Shown one piece after another: positions 20,365-29,083 of a DNA stretch of 64,000 bases. Below the pieces are notes generated by a model that worked only from the letters and a program-made list of their open reading frames with translations, did no database searches and had not been told where the DNA came from. The translations under genes were made by a program, and so were the position numbers. Numbering within the stretch: position 1 is the stretch's first letter; every line of letters starts with the position of its first letter. The stretch comes from Vicinamibacteria bacterium (GTDB lineage Bacteria; Acidobacteriota; Vicinamibacteria; Marinacidobacterales; Marinacidobacteraceae), in contig OZ219816.1 of assembly GCA_964291235.2 (NCBI GenBank), forward strand, positions 544,001-608,000, given 5' to 3'.

Positions 20365-20854
20365 CGGCGGCCCGGAGCGCCCGTTCGGAGCGGCGAGGTT
20401 GGCGGGGCGCGATGGAACGAGATGGACCTTGCGGGACGGGAATGGCGCATTCCGCCCGAGCAGATGAAGACGGGACGGTAGCACCGGGTTCCGCTGTCCT
20501 GGAGGGCGCTGACGGTCCTGCAGGAGTCTCAGGCGCTCGCGGACGGCTCCGGGGTGGTGTTTCCCCTCGGCCCGCGGCGGGCCGCTCCACGAGGGGGCGA
20601 TCTCGAAGCTGGTCCGGAGGCTGAAGATCGGTGCGGTGCCGCACGGGTTCCGTTCGAGCTTCCGTGACTGGGCGGCGGAGTGCTCGGATGCGCCGCGTGA
20701 AGTGTGCGAACTGGCGCTGGCTCACGTGAACATCAACGCCGTCGAGGCGGCCTGCCGGCGCACGGATCTGTTCGAGCGACGGCGGGCGCTCATGGAACAA
20801 TGGGCCGCGTTCCTGGCTGGGACCGAAGGCGCGGAACCGAGGCTCGCCGGATGA
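20365..20854 (+). pseudogene. Tyrosine-integrase C-terminal remnant 4
   Basis: TAARS..GEV.GARWNEMDL..WRIP..MKTGR*HRVPL, HGFRSSFRDWAAE...EAACRRTDLFERRRALMEQW (catalytic Tyr to Cys). Confidence 0.88.
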
Positions 20855-20949
20855 CCACAGCAGCGCCTCCGTGTGCCCTGCTGACGACTGTCATCAGGGC
20901 CACTTCGGCCGCGGGAACAGCCTTCGCGCCGGAAGGCCACTTGGGGTTA

Positions 20950-21113
20950 GGCCAGCCTACACAGTGTGAAACACTGGGCTCTGGCGAGGGGATGCTGCGC
21001 CCCCCTTCGAACCCCCGGCCTCTCGCGCCGCTGCCGTGGCAACGGCCGGACGGGGGCTCCGCCCCCGGACCCCCGCGGCGGTGCGCTCCTGGCAGAGCGG
21101 CGCACCGTTGTGG
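20950..21113 (+). repeat. Left copy of ~163-bp inverted repeat, hairpin-rich, oriT-like
   Basis: Aligns end to end with the reverse complement of 24186-24348; contains CAGTGTGAAACACTG and GGGGGCTCCGCCCCC hairpins. Confidence 0.85.
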
Positions 21114-21426
21114 TCCCCGCCCACCTCACACCGGCGGACCAGCTCGCCTCCGGCGAGGCGGAGGCCCTCCGGCTCCCCAACATCGAGGAGCCAGCCAACG
21201 AGGTCGAGAGCGGCGTCGTGGCCCCTTCCGCGGCCGGCGGGCATTACGGCGCTGCCGCGGGGACATAGGCGGCCCAAATTGCCGCGAATCGCGCGAGCCC
21301 GGAGCGATCGGAGCTTGCTATCCGACCGTCTGCGTGCCGCGTTTCACTCTCCTTCCCTCCGCCAGGTCAAGGAAGCCGACATTTGCCCCTTGAAAGATGT
21401 GCTCCGGCGTGTTGAACGTAATTGAC

Positions 21427-21825
21427 ATGAGACTACGACCCATCCACCTGACCGTGATTCCCCTGGCCGCGGTCGCAATTGCGCTGGCCTGTGACACTCC
21501 GGTGATCCCTCCGGCGGCTGGCCCCACGGGGGATGCTCCTACTGCTCCCGCTCCGGCACCAAACCACGCATCGCTGGAACTCGTCGGACCGGCCGGCCAG
21601 TCCGTGGCCGGCCATTCCGCACTCGGCCTCAAGGAGCACGTCGCTCTTCACGTTGGGCAGGCTCGTCGCATCGAGGAGGACTCCGACGCGCGCCTGCTCG
21701 CCGCGTTTCGCGGTGCCGGCGCCTCCGAGGAACAGCTCAAGCGGTGGCGCCTCGAAATGGAGGAGAGCCGGAGTCGGGACGCCAAGCACCTGCAGGCGCT
21801 GCTGACGGACATCCTGGAGCGTTGA
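21427..21825 (+). CDS. Hypothetical lipoprotein
   Basis: Lipobox IALAC after a hydrophobic leader; Pro/Ala linker; helical C-terminus. Confidence 0.7.
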   Translation: MRLRPIHLTVIPLAAVAIALACDTPVIPPAAGPTGDAPTAPAPAPNHASLELVGPAGQSVAGHSALGLKEHVALHVGQARRIEEDSDARLLAAFRGAGASEEQLKRWRLEMEESRSRDAKHLQALLTDILER

Positions 21826-21871
21826 GGTGCCAAGTCCCGTGTTTCGAGGATCGACGGCGAAGGCAAGACAG

Positions 21872-22141
21872 ATGAACGCCGGTTCCCGACTTCTCCTCGC
21901 CATCACCTTCGTCATCATGCACGCGGTCATCGGGCTCGCCGGCGCGACCTGCTGCCTTGACCGCGTGCTGGAGAGGTACGACTACTGCATCGACAAGGCG
22001 GAATACGATGCCATCGTTGAAGCTCAGCGGTGCGGAATTACTGACAACGCGTGTCGGCAAAGAGCGCTCGACAGGCTAAACGAGCGGAAGGCGGAGTGCC
22101 GCCAGATTCGAGATCGAGAGATGAGAGAATGCAACATCTAG
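21872..22141 (+). CDS. Secreted Cys-ladder miniprotein 1 (89 aa)
   Basis: Signal peptide ending AGA; 7 Cys; paralogue of the next gene. Confidence 0.8.
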   Translation: MNAGSRLLLAITFVIMHAVIGLAGATCCLDRVLERYDYCIDKAEYDAIVEAQRCGITDNACRQRALDRLNERKAECRQIRDREMRECNI

Positions 22142-22464
22142 TCCGTTTGCCCGATCGGCGTCGCGCGACGACGCCTCTTGCTTCGAGAGGTCTCGGCGTC
22201 TTCATCGTTTTCACCTTTGCCTTCATGCACGCTGTGGTCGTCTCTGCCGGTGCCACCTGTTGCATTGATGAGGCAATCGAGAGGGCCGACGCCTGCGAAG
22301 ATCAGGCGCAGGCGGACTCCCTTGCGGAGGCCGCGCGCTGCAAGCGGCGCATCCTTCCGCGCCGCATCGAACAATGCCTCCTGGAAGTGCACGCCCGGCA
22401 CCAGGAACGGAAGGACGAGTGCCGCCGGATTCGGGACGAGGAGATCTCCCAGTGCAATATCTAG
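22129..22464 (+). CDS. Secreted Cys-ladder miniprotein 2 (start approximate)
   Basis: Shares MHAV...AGATCC, ERK.ECR.IRD.E and terminal CNI* with paralogue 1. Confidence 0.8.
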   Translation: MQHLVRLPDRRRATTPLASRGLGVFIVFTFAFMHAVVVSAGATCCIDEAIERADACEDQAQADSLAEAARCKRRILPRRIEQCLLEVHARHQERKDECRRIRDEEISQCNI

Positions 22465-22895
22465 GGTCACAACGGAAGGTTGCAGCGTTTAGCGGCGGGA
22501 TGGCTGTCGGCGTCTTCGCCTTCGTGCTCTTCGAAGGCGCTTCGGAAATCAGTGGAGTCCTTCCCGACGCCGTTGTTGCGGCGATTACGATGTTTGCGGG
22601 CACTCTGGTCGGCACCCTGGTTTGGTCGTCGATCGGCGGGTGGCTGAAGACACGGCCAGAGCCCCCCGTCCTCGTGAGCGCCGGCATCGGAGCCGTTCTC
22701 GCCGTTGGTTTGGCCGGCGCTTTTGCCATCGTCGTCCACAACTACTGGGGCGTTCTGTTAGGTGAACCGCTCGGGATTCTCCACGACGTTGGCTTTTGGC
22801 TCGCGATTTCCCTGTGGAACTCCATCGGCTACGGGTTGGCCGTCAGCCCGGCCGTGCGCGCCGAGACCACCTCTGTCTCGAAGCAGCCGAGCTGA
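22452..22895 (+). CDS. Hypothetical ~4-TM membrane protein (GTG 22452 or ATG 22500)
   Basis: Four hydrophobic segments; GAGGAG upstream of the GTG. Confidence 0.7.
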   Translation: MQYLGSQRKVAAFSGGMAVGVFAFVLFEGASEISGVLPDAVVAAITMFAGTLVGTLVWSSIGGWLKTRPEPPVLVSAGIGAVLAVGLAGAFAIVVHNYWGVLLGEPLGILHDVGFWLAISLWNSIGYGLAVSPAVRAETTSVSKQPS

Positions 22896-22970
22896 GTGCA
22901 TTCGGGCACAAAACATCCTTGTCTGATCCAGGGAAGGCGTTCCGGCCGGACGCTCCACGAAGAGGCTGTC

Positions 22971-23990
22971 ATGGCGACTCCGAACTCTGAGTGGGAACAC
23001 CCGGACCTCGCGTATGACGCGGAGGAACCCGGAGAAGAGCGTCTCTCGTCCGAAGCACGCGCACCGAGCGAAACGGACGCGGAGGCGCACGGGCAAGCCG
23101 ATCTGGATTTGATAGCGCTCTACGTCCGGGACGGGCGCCGGCATCGCCAGTTCCGCGGGAGTGAGCCCCGGCGGTGCCGACGCGCCCCGCGACCGGACGG
23201 GGCAACCGATCCGGATGGCATTTGCGCCGCCCCCCGCAAACAGTTCAACGGCGAGTTCGGCCGTGAGCGGATGGTCGAGAGCAACCTGGGCCTCGTCGTC
23301 ACTATCGCGAAGAGCTACCGGAACCTCGGACTGCCACTCGGCGACCTCATCCAGGAGGGCAACCTCGGACTCCTGCACGCGGCCCGTCGGTTCGAACCGA
23401 AGCCGGGCCGCAGTTTCTGCGCCTACGCCGCTGGGTGGATTCGCCAGACGATCTGCCGGGCGCTCTCCCAACAGTCGAGGACGATTCGTATTCCCTTACG
23501 CCGCCTTGAGCTCCGGCGGCACGCCTGCGAGGTGGAGGCACACGAGGAACAACGGTCTGGCAACGCGTGTTGCACGGGGGATAGACGCCCGCCCCACACG
23601 ACCGAATACGCAGCTCGAGAGCTGGGAGTCAGCGTCGAGCAACTGCGCTCCACGATCGTTCTGGTATCCGACATCGAGTCGCTCGACACGTCCCCCGCTA
23701 CGAACGGCCTCCCGTGGGTTCTGTCGCTTCCGGATCCCGGGTCCCCGGATCCGTGCGAGACCGCGGCCGGTACCGAGCAGTGGCGGCGTCTGCGCGTCGC
23801 CCTCTCTCACTTGCCGGAGCGCCTCCGACACCTCCTGGAGATGCGATTCGGCCTTGCGGACGGCCAAGAATCCAGCCTTGCCGAAATCGGACGGGCCCTC
23901 CACGTCAGCACGGAGCGGGCGCGGCAATTGCAGCAGCAGGCGCTCGACCGCCTCCGCCGCGACCCCGGGCTCCGGGGACCGCGCGTCTGA
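22971..23990 (+). CDS. Divergent RpoD/RpoS-like sigma-70 factor
   Basis: MVESNLGLVVTIAKSY, DLIQEGNLGL, WIRQ, RTIRIP, region 4 SLAEIGRALHVSTERARQL. Confidence 0.9.
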   Translation: MATPNSEWEHPDLAYDAEEPGEERLSSEARAPSETDAEAHGQADLDLIALYVRDGRRHRQFRGSEPRRCRRAPRPDGATDPDGICAAPRKQFNGEFGRERMVESNLGLVVTIAKSYRNLGLPLGDLIQEGNLGLLHAARRFEPKPGRSFCAYAAGWIRQTICRALSQQSRTIRIPLRRLELRRHACEVEAHEEQRSGNACCTGDRRPPHTTEYAARELGVSVEQLRSTIVLVSDIESLDTSPATNGLPWVLSLPDPGSPDPCETAAGTEQWRRLRVALSHLPERLRHLLEMRFGLADGQESSLAEIGRALHVSTERARQLQQQALDRLRRDPGLRGPRV

Positions 23991-24185
23991 CTCGCAGCCG
24001 GTCGTACTTCGAGGACTCCCCGTGCAAGAAAGACAGCGGTATCGCCGGATTGTGTGCGGCGGAGTAGTCCGGCCCCGCTCCCAGTTGTTGCCGATCATGT
24101 GGTGGACCCGGAACGGGTTCGCCGGGTCGCGGTACACCGGGGTGATCAGAGGGGGCCCGGTCCGCCCGCGCGAGGCGGTCAGCAG

Positions 24186-24348
24186 CCACAACGGTGCGCC
24201 GCTCCGCCAGGAGCGTACCGGTGCGGGGATCCGGGGGCGGAGCCCCCGTCCGCCCGGTGCTCCCGCAGCGGCTCGAAGGGCCGGGGGTTCGAAGGGGGGC
24301 GCGGCACCCCCTCGCCAGTCCCAGTGTTTAACACTGGGTATGCTGGCC
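24186..24348 (-). repeat. Right copy of ~163-bp inverted repeat, oriT-like
   Basis: Reverse complement of 20950-21113; CCCAGTGTTTAACACTGGG hairpin. Confidence 0.85.
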
Positions 24349-24630
24349 CTCGTGCATAAGCACGTTAGCCAGCCTCTGGGATGGGGACCATCCCGGGACC
24401 TCGACAGCGCCGATGGCTCCTCACCGAGAAGCTGGCAGCTCGACGCGGCACCTCACCGATCCCGAGCTGACGAACCGGCCTCGAGATCGCCCCGTCAAAC
24501 AGCGGGCCGGTCTGCGCCGAGAGGGAATGCCGTCTCCGAGCCGGTGGCGAACGCTCTCGGCTCGCGGAGCACCGCGAGCGCCGCTGTGGACACTGGTAGC
24601 CGGTGGTCCCCGTAGCCTCCGGGTCGGTGT

Positions 24631-25779
24631 TTACGCCCCGATGTATTCCCCCCAAGCGTCCATCACCGACCTTCGCTCGTCGAACAGGTCGGTCCGCCGA
24701 TACGCGCCTTCGACGCCCTGGACCGTATGGGCCAGCGCCGCCTCCGCCAGCATCGGCGCGTTCCCCCGCTCGGCGCTCCAGTCGCTGAACGTCGAGCGGA
24801 ACCCGTGAACCGTCGCACGCTCGCCCACGCCCGCCGCCCACAGCGCGTTCGTCAGCGCCATGTCCTTCAACGCCCGATCCCCCGAACGTCCGGGGAACAC
24901 CAGCTCGCACCCCTTCCGGCTCCGCAACCGGCGGGCGCGCTCCAGGACCGCCACCGCCTCCGGACTCAGGGGAACGCGGTGCTCCTTCCCGGCCTTCATG
25001 CGCTCGCCGGGAAGCGTCCAGGTGCGCCTGTCCACGTCGATCTCCGACCAGCGCGCGCCCCGCGCCTCGCCGCTGCGCGCCGCCGTCAGGATCAGGAACC
25101 GGAGGCAGAGGCGCACCGCCGCCCGCGACCGCGACCCCTCCACCTTCGCCAGCAGTTCGCGCACCTCGGCGTGCGGCAGGGCGCGATGGCTCCTCGGACG
25201 GCGCCGCCGCTTCGGGAGGGCTCCCTCGATCGCCTCGCCCGCCACGTTCCGCTCGACGAACTCCCGCGCCTGCGCCCAGCCCAGCACGGTACGGATCTGC
25301 TGGCGCACCCGCTGGGCGGTGGTCGGCTTCCGATTCCACAGGTCGTCCTGGAAGAGCACCCGGAGCACGTCATCCCCGCGGATCGCGTCCACGCGCATCG
25401 GTCCGAGCGCGGGGAAGACATACCGCGCCAGCGTCCGCTCCCACGCCCGCGCGTACCCGTCGCCCCGCCAGTTCGCCCGGCGCTCCGCCAGCGTCCGCTC
25501 CGCCGCCTCCGAAAACGTCGGGACCGCCCCGCGGCGGCGCTCGGCGATGGGGTCCTTCCCCTCCCACAGGGCGCGGCGGTTCTGGAGGGCGACCATGCGG
25601 GCCTCGGCGAGCGGCACCAGGTCGAAGGGTCCGATGGTGATGTCGCGGCGGACGCCGTTGACGGTCAAGCGCTGGACCCACACTTTGGTGGCCCGAATCC
25701 GCAGGTAGAGGCCGCCGCCGGCGCAGTAGCGCCCGGGTTCCTTGAGGGCCTTGGCTCTCGCCGCCGTCATGTTCGCCAT
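24631..25779 (-). CDS. int: P4-like tyrosine integrase with arm-binding domain (intact, 382 aa)
   Basis: PGRY..GGGLYLRI, TAARSGE, MKAGKEHRVPL, HGFRSTF, LAH, AYRRTDL. Confidence 0.93.
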   Translation of the reverse strand: MANMTAARAKALKEPGRYCAGGGLYLRIRATKVWVQRLTVNGVRRDITIGPFDLVPLAEARMVALQNRRALWEGKDPIAERRRGAVPTFSEAAERTLAERRANWRGDGYARAWERTLARYVFPALGPMRVDAIRGDDVLRVLFQDDLWNRKPTTAQRVRQQIRTVLGWAQAREFVERNVAGEAIEGALPKRRRRPRSHRALPHAEVRELLAKVEGSRSRAAVRLCLRFLILTAARSGEARGARWSEIDVDRRTWTLPGERMKAGKEHRVPLSPEAVAVLERARRLRSRKGCELVFPGRSGDRALKDMALTNALWAAGVGERATVHGFRSTFSDWSAERGNAPMLAEAALAHTVQGVEGAYRRTDLFDERRSVMDAWGEYIGA

Positions 25780-25962
25780 ATTGCCGCCTCCGAGGTGACG
25801 AGGCCCCCCTATTGGCCCTCGCGATCGGCGGGAAGTGTAGCGCTTCGGCAGGACGGAAGCGGGCGGCACGGGAATCGGTATCAGGCTCTAATCCATTGGT
25901 GTTCTTGCACTATAGGCCCGTATATGGCCTTCTGGGAACATGCAGGAGCCATTCACTATGGA

Positions 25963-26166
25963 TGAAAGGGGGGCACCCCCCCTTTCACAAAAAGAAGGCG
26001 CTGATCGATCGGAACTCGCCGTAGCGCGCGCTGGGCGCGCAAGGGAGTTTCGATCCCGGCGCGAAGCGCCGGGCGGCCCCGGGAGGGGGCTTTCCCGAAT
26101 GTCCGCGCGACTCTTCCCGAACACGTCGGCGCGGCGGCCCCCTCCCGGGACCGCTCAGTGCGAGCC
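25963..26166 (-). repeat. Family A ~230-bp palindromic intergenic repeat (truncated at island edge)
   Basis: Reverse-orientation homologue of 30209-30439. Confidence 0.85.
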
Positions 26167-26190
26167 CGGTGGGGCCGGACGGCCCCACCG
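26167..26190 (-). terminator. GC hairpin after the TBDR stop, possible terminator
   Basis: CGGTGGGGCC-GGAC-GGCCCCACCG perfect 10-bp stem; no clear U tract. Confidence 0.45.
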
Positions 26191-26209
26191 CCTCGCTTCG
26201 TGAGGGAGC

Positions 26210-29083
26210 TTAGAACTGGTAGCGCGCGCCGAGCTTGAAGGTGCGTGGCTCCAGGAAACCGATGACCCGGTTGTACGCGGAACCGGCGCGGATGATCTGG
26301 TTCAGGACCGGGTTGGAGTTCGTGACGTTGTAGGCGTCGAAGAACAACGACAGCTTGTCGCGATCCCAGAAGGACAGGTCCTTCTCGGCGCGGATGTCGA
26401 GGATGAGCACGTTGTCCGACCGCTCCGTCATGTCGGAAAGAGGGACCTGGTTCGTTCCCGCGGCGCCCGGAATCGAGACCGGCAGGATGGGTGCGTAGGC
26501 CCAGCCGCTCTGCGCCCGGTACTGGAAGGAGAGCGCCGCCCCGATATTGGGGATCTGGTAGCGGCCGATCGCCTTGAGGTTCCAGTTGGTGTGTTGCTGC
26601 TTGGTGCTCACGGCGGAGTTCCAGTTCAACCCGCTGCCCTGGATGCCGAGCGTCCAGGGGTCCGCCTGCGTGTCGGCGCTACCGCTGCTGCCGCAGCAGA
26701 CGAGCTCGTTCCGCCACTGGTAGTGGAAGCTGCCCTGCAGGAACAGCCCGCTGCGGAAGCGGCGACTGAGTCCCATCTCGATGTTGTCGTAGTCGTTCGA
26801 ATCGAGGCCCGCCGGACCGGCCTTGATCTGGTTGGCGGTCCCGGTGCCCTCCGGCGGCCGGGACAAGCTGGTCACCGACTGGCCGTTGATCGGGTTGACG
26901 GGGCAGGGGAAGATGCTGTCGCCGCAAAGGATCGCGTTGTTCAGCAGCGCGTCGAGGAGATCCACCCGGTAGGTGTCGAAGACATTCCGGTCCATCTTGC
27001 GCACAAAGGAAAGGCGCAGGCTGGTCTCCGGCATGATCTCGCTCTCGAGAGAGGCGGTGATCTCGTCGTAGTAGCGCTTCTTGCTGAAGTCTGTCGGGAC
27101 GCCGCCCTCGACCCGCCCCACGGGCAGTCCGGTGCCGGACGACTGACTCAGCAGATCTCCGAGTTCGTTCTGGCCGTCGTAGATCCCGTTCCCGTTAGGG
27201 TCTAGGAACTGGAAGATGACCTGCTGACGGGAGGCCGGGTTCGCGCTCTGGAAGCCGTCCGGGCCCACGTTGTGGGTATAACGGCTCGCCGAGGCCTTGA
27301 CGACCGTCCGCCCCTCGCCGGTCACGTCGTAGGTGACGGCGAAACGGGGGTAGAAATCGGTCCAGGTGAAGATGTCCTTTTCCGGAATGGAAACCCCGCT
27401 CAGGAAGAACTCGGGAAACGCGGGCGCAAGATCCGCCGAGTTGTAGTAGCCGAACTGGTGGGCGACGCGGACCCCGGCGGTGATCGTCACTCGTGGATTG
27501 AGCTGCCAGGTGTCCTGGGCGAAGAAGTGCAGGTTGGCGTCCCGGGTGTCTGACACGGCCGTCGGGGTGTTGACGAAGAGAATCTCCGAGGTCCCCATCG
27601 GATTGGTTGCCGAGACGAGGCTCGAACGGTCCCGGTACTGGATGGATCCCGAGGCGTCGTTCGAGAAAAAGAGCCGCGCGTCCTCCATGTAGTCCACCCC
27701 GAACTTGAGGTCATGGCTGCCGCCCGCGTCCGGGACGTAGTAGTTCAGGATGCCGACGAACTGCGGCCGCTCCTTGTCGTAGGTGAACGGCCACACGCCC
27801 GCTCCCGTACGCCGGGAGGTGTCCACGTCGAACCGTGGTGGGCTGGTGCCCGGGTCCACCGCCGGCACCATCGGCCAGGTGACCCCGTAGTACATGGCCT
27901 TGACGTTCGAGAAGGCCCGGTCGGACCAGACCCGCTGCCACTCGGCCTTGTGGACCCACGTCCAGGAATCCTGGGCAAGCCGCACGTCGGTGGAGTTCAA
28001 CGCGTTGATACCGCGGTTGGGCCGGTTCTTGAGCCCCCACTGGCTGTAGCCGATCAGCTCGTCCTTCTCGGAGAGGGCCATGTTGACCTTGGTGTAGTAG
28101 TTCCGAAGGACCGCCTCTTCCTGGATCACCTCGGGGTCGAGGCCGGAGATCGCCCGGTGGGTCAGGTTGTTGTTGTAGGCGAGGAAGAACCAGGCCTTGT
28201 CCCTCCATAGCGGGCCGCCCACGTCGGCGTGCGCCTCCCAGTAGGTGAGCATGTGGTTCGTGCCGGCGCCCCGGCCCTCGAGCTCGGAGGTCAGGTTGTC
28301 GCCCACGAAGCCTTCGCCGAGGAAGTCCCCGTAAAGCAGCGCCGAGACGTCGTTACCGCCCGTCTTGATGTCCATCACGATCGTGTTTCCGGCCCAGGCG
28401 TTTTCGACGTCGGCGCCGGCGTTCGAGATGTTGAACTGGTTGACGGTCAGGCTGTCCATGTAGAAGCCGAAACCGCCGGTGCTGAAGTTGGAATCCACGC
28501 CGTCAATGATGATGCGGTTCTGGTTCCGGAGCCCGAAGGCGTCGAACCCGGACTGCTGGGCCTTGTGGGAGCCCGCCACGTCGAAGCCGCGCATCCGGAT
28601 GCCCGGCGTGAGCGCCAGCATGGCGTGCGGATCGGTGGAGTTCGGAACCTCCAGGATCGCGGTGTCGTCGAAGGTGCCCCCGAAACGGCTGGACTTCACG
28701 TCCACCACCGGGGATTCGCCGGTAACGGTCACCGTCTCGGCGACCGCGGCCACGGAGAGCGTCTGGTTCACCGTAAACGTCTGACCGGTGACGACGGTCA
28801 CGTCTTCGCGAACCACCGTGCCGAACCCGCCCAGTTCGAAGGTCATGGTGTAGCTGCCCGCCGGCAGCCCCTGGAATCGGAAGGAGCCGTCCACGTCGGT
28901 AACCGCAACGCGGCTTCCGAGCAATGCGTCCGATTCGAGGGTCACGGTGACCCCCGGAAGGACGAGTCCCTGTTCGTCCTGGGCGGCTCCGTCGAGACGC
29001 CCGGCGGTGATCTGCGCCGCGAGCGACGCCGGAATCACCAGCAGTGCGGCGACCGTCAGCGATCGCAGCAGAATCCGTGTCAT
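26210..29083 (-). CDS. TonB-dependent receptor (Oar-like, carboxypeptidase-regulatory N-domain)
   Basis: Signal peptide, LPGVTVT, ETVTVTGESPVVD, GGPLWRDKAWFF, C-terminal GARYQF. Confidence 0.93.
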   Translation of the reverse strand: MTRILLRSLTVAALLVIPASLAAQITAGRLDGAAQDEQGLVLPGVTVTLESDALLGSRVAVTDVDGSFRFQGLPAGSYTMTFELGGFGTVVREDVTVVTGQTFTVNQTLSVAAVAETVTVTGESPVVDVKSSRFGGTFDDTAILEVPNSTDPHAMLALTPGIRMRGFDVAGSHKAQQSGFDAFGLRNQNRIIIDGVDSNFSTGGFGFYMDSLTVNQFNISNAGADVENAWAGNTIVMDIKTGGNDVSALLYGDFLGEGFVGDNLTSELEGRGAGTNHMLTYWEAHADVGGPLWRDKAWFFLAYNNNLTHRAISGLDPEVIQEEAVLRNYYTKVNMALSEKDELIGYSQWGLKNRPNRGINALNSTDVRLAQDSWTWVHKAEWQRVWSDRAFSNVKAMYYGVTWPMVPAVDPGTSPPRFDVDTSRRTGAGVWPFTYDKERPQFVGILNYYVPDAGGSHDLKFGVDYMEDARLFFSNDASGSIQYRDRSSLVSATNPMGTSEILFVNTPTAVSDTRDANLHFFAQDTWQLNPRVTITAGVRVAHQFGYYNSADLAPAFPEFFLSGVSIPEKDIFTWTDFYPRFAVTYDVTGEGRTVVKASASRYTHNVGPDGFQSANPASRQQVIFQFLDPNGNGIYDGQNELGDLLSQSSGTGLPVGRVEGGVPTDFSKKRYYDEITASLESEIMPETSLRLSFVRKMDRNVFDTYRVDLLDALLNNAILCGDSIFPCPVNPINGQSVTSLSRPPEGTGTANQIKAGPAGLDSNDYDNIEMGLSRRFRSGLFLQGSFHYQWRNELVCCGSSGSADTQADPWTLGIQGSGLNWNSAVSTKQQHTNWNLKAIGRYQIPNIGAALSFQYRAQSGWAYAPILPVSIPGAAGTNQVPLSDMTERSDNVLILDIRAEKDLSFWDRDKLSLFFDAYNVTNSNPVLNQIIRAGSAYNRVIGFLEPRTFKLGARYQF

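Larger units (their letters stand above)
1..25962. mobile_element. Integrative conjugative element / composite genomic island (left end outside window; right end approximate)
   Basis: Contains VirB2/3/4/9, relaxase-like gene, ArdC x2, primase, AlpA and a P4-like integrase at the right edge; housekeeping genes begin after 26.2 kb. Confidence 0.8.

Noticed and set aside
21872-22464. Miniproteins as RiPP precursors or lipoproteins
   Set aside because: No radical-SAM, lanthipeptide or peptidase-ABC genes nearby, and GATC is not a canonical lipobox; AGA fits signal peptidase I better
24000-24185. Minus-strand PANPFRVHHMIGNNWE resembling an FGE-sulfatase motif
   Set aside because: Too short and degenerate to call; at most a scrap of a decayed gene
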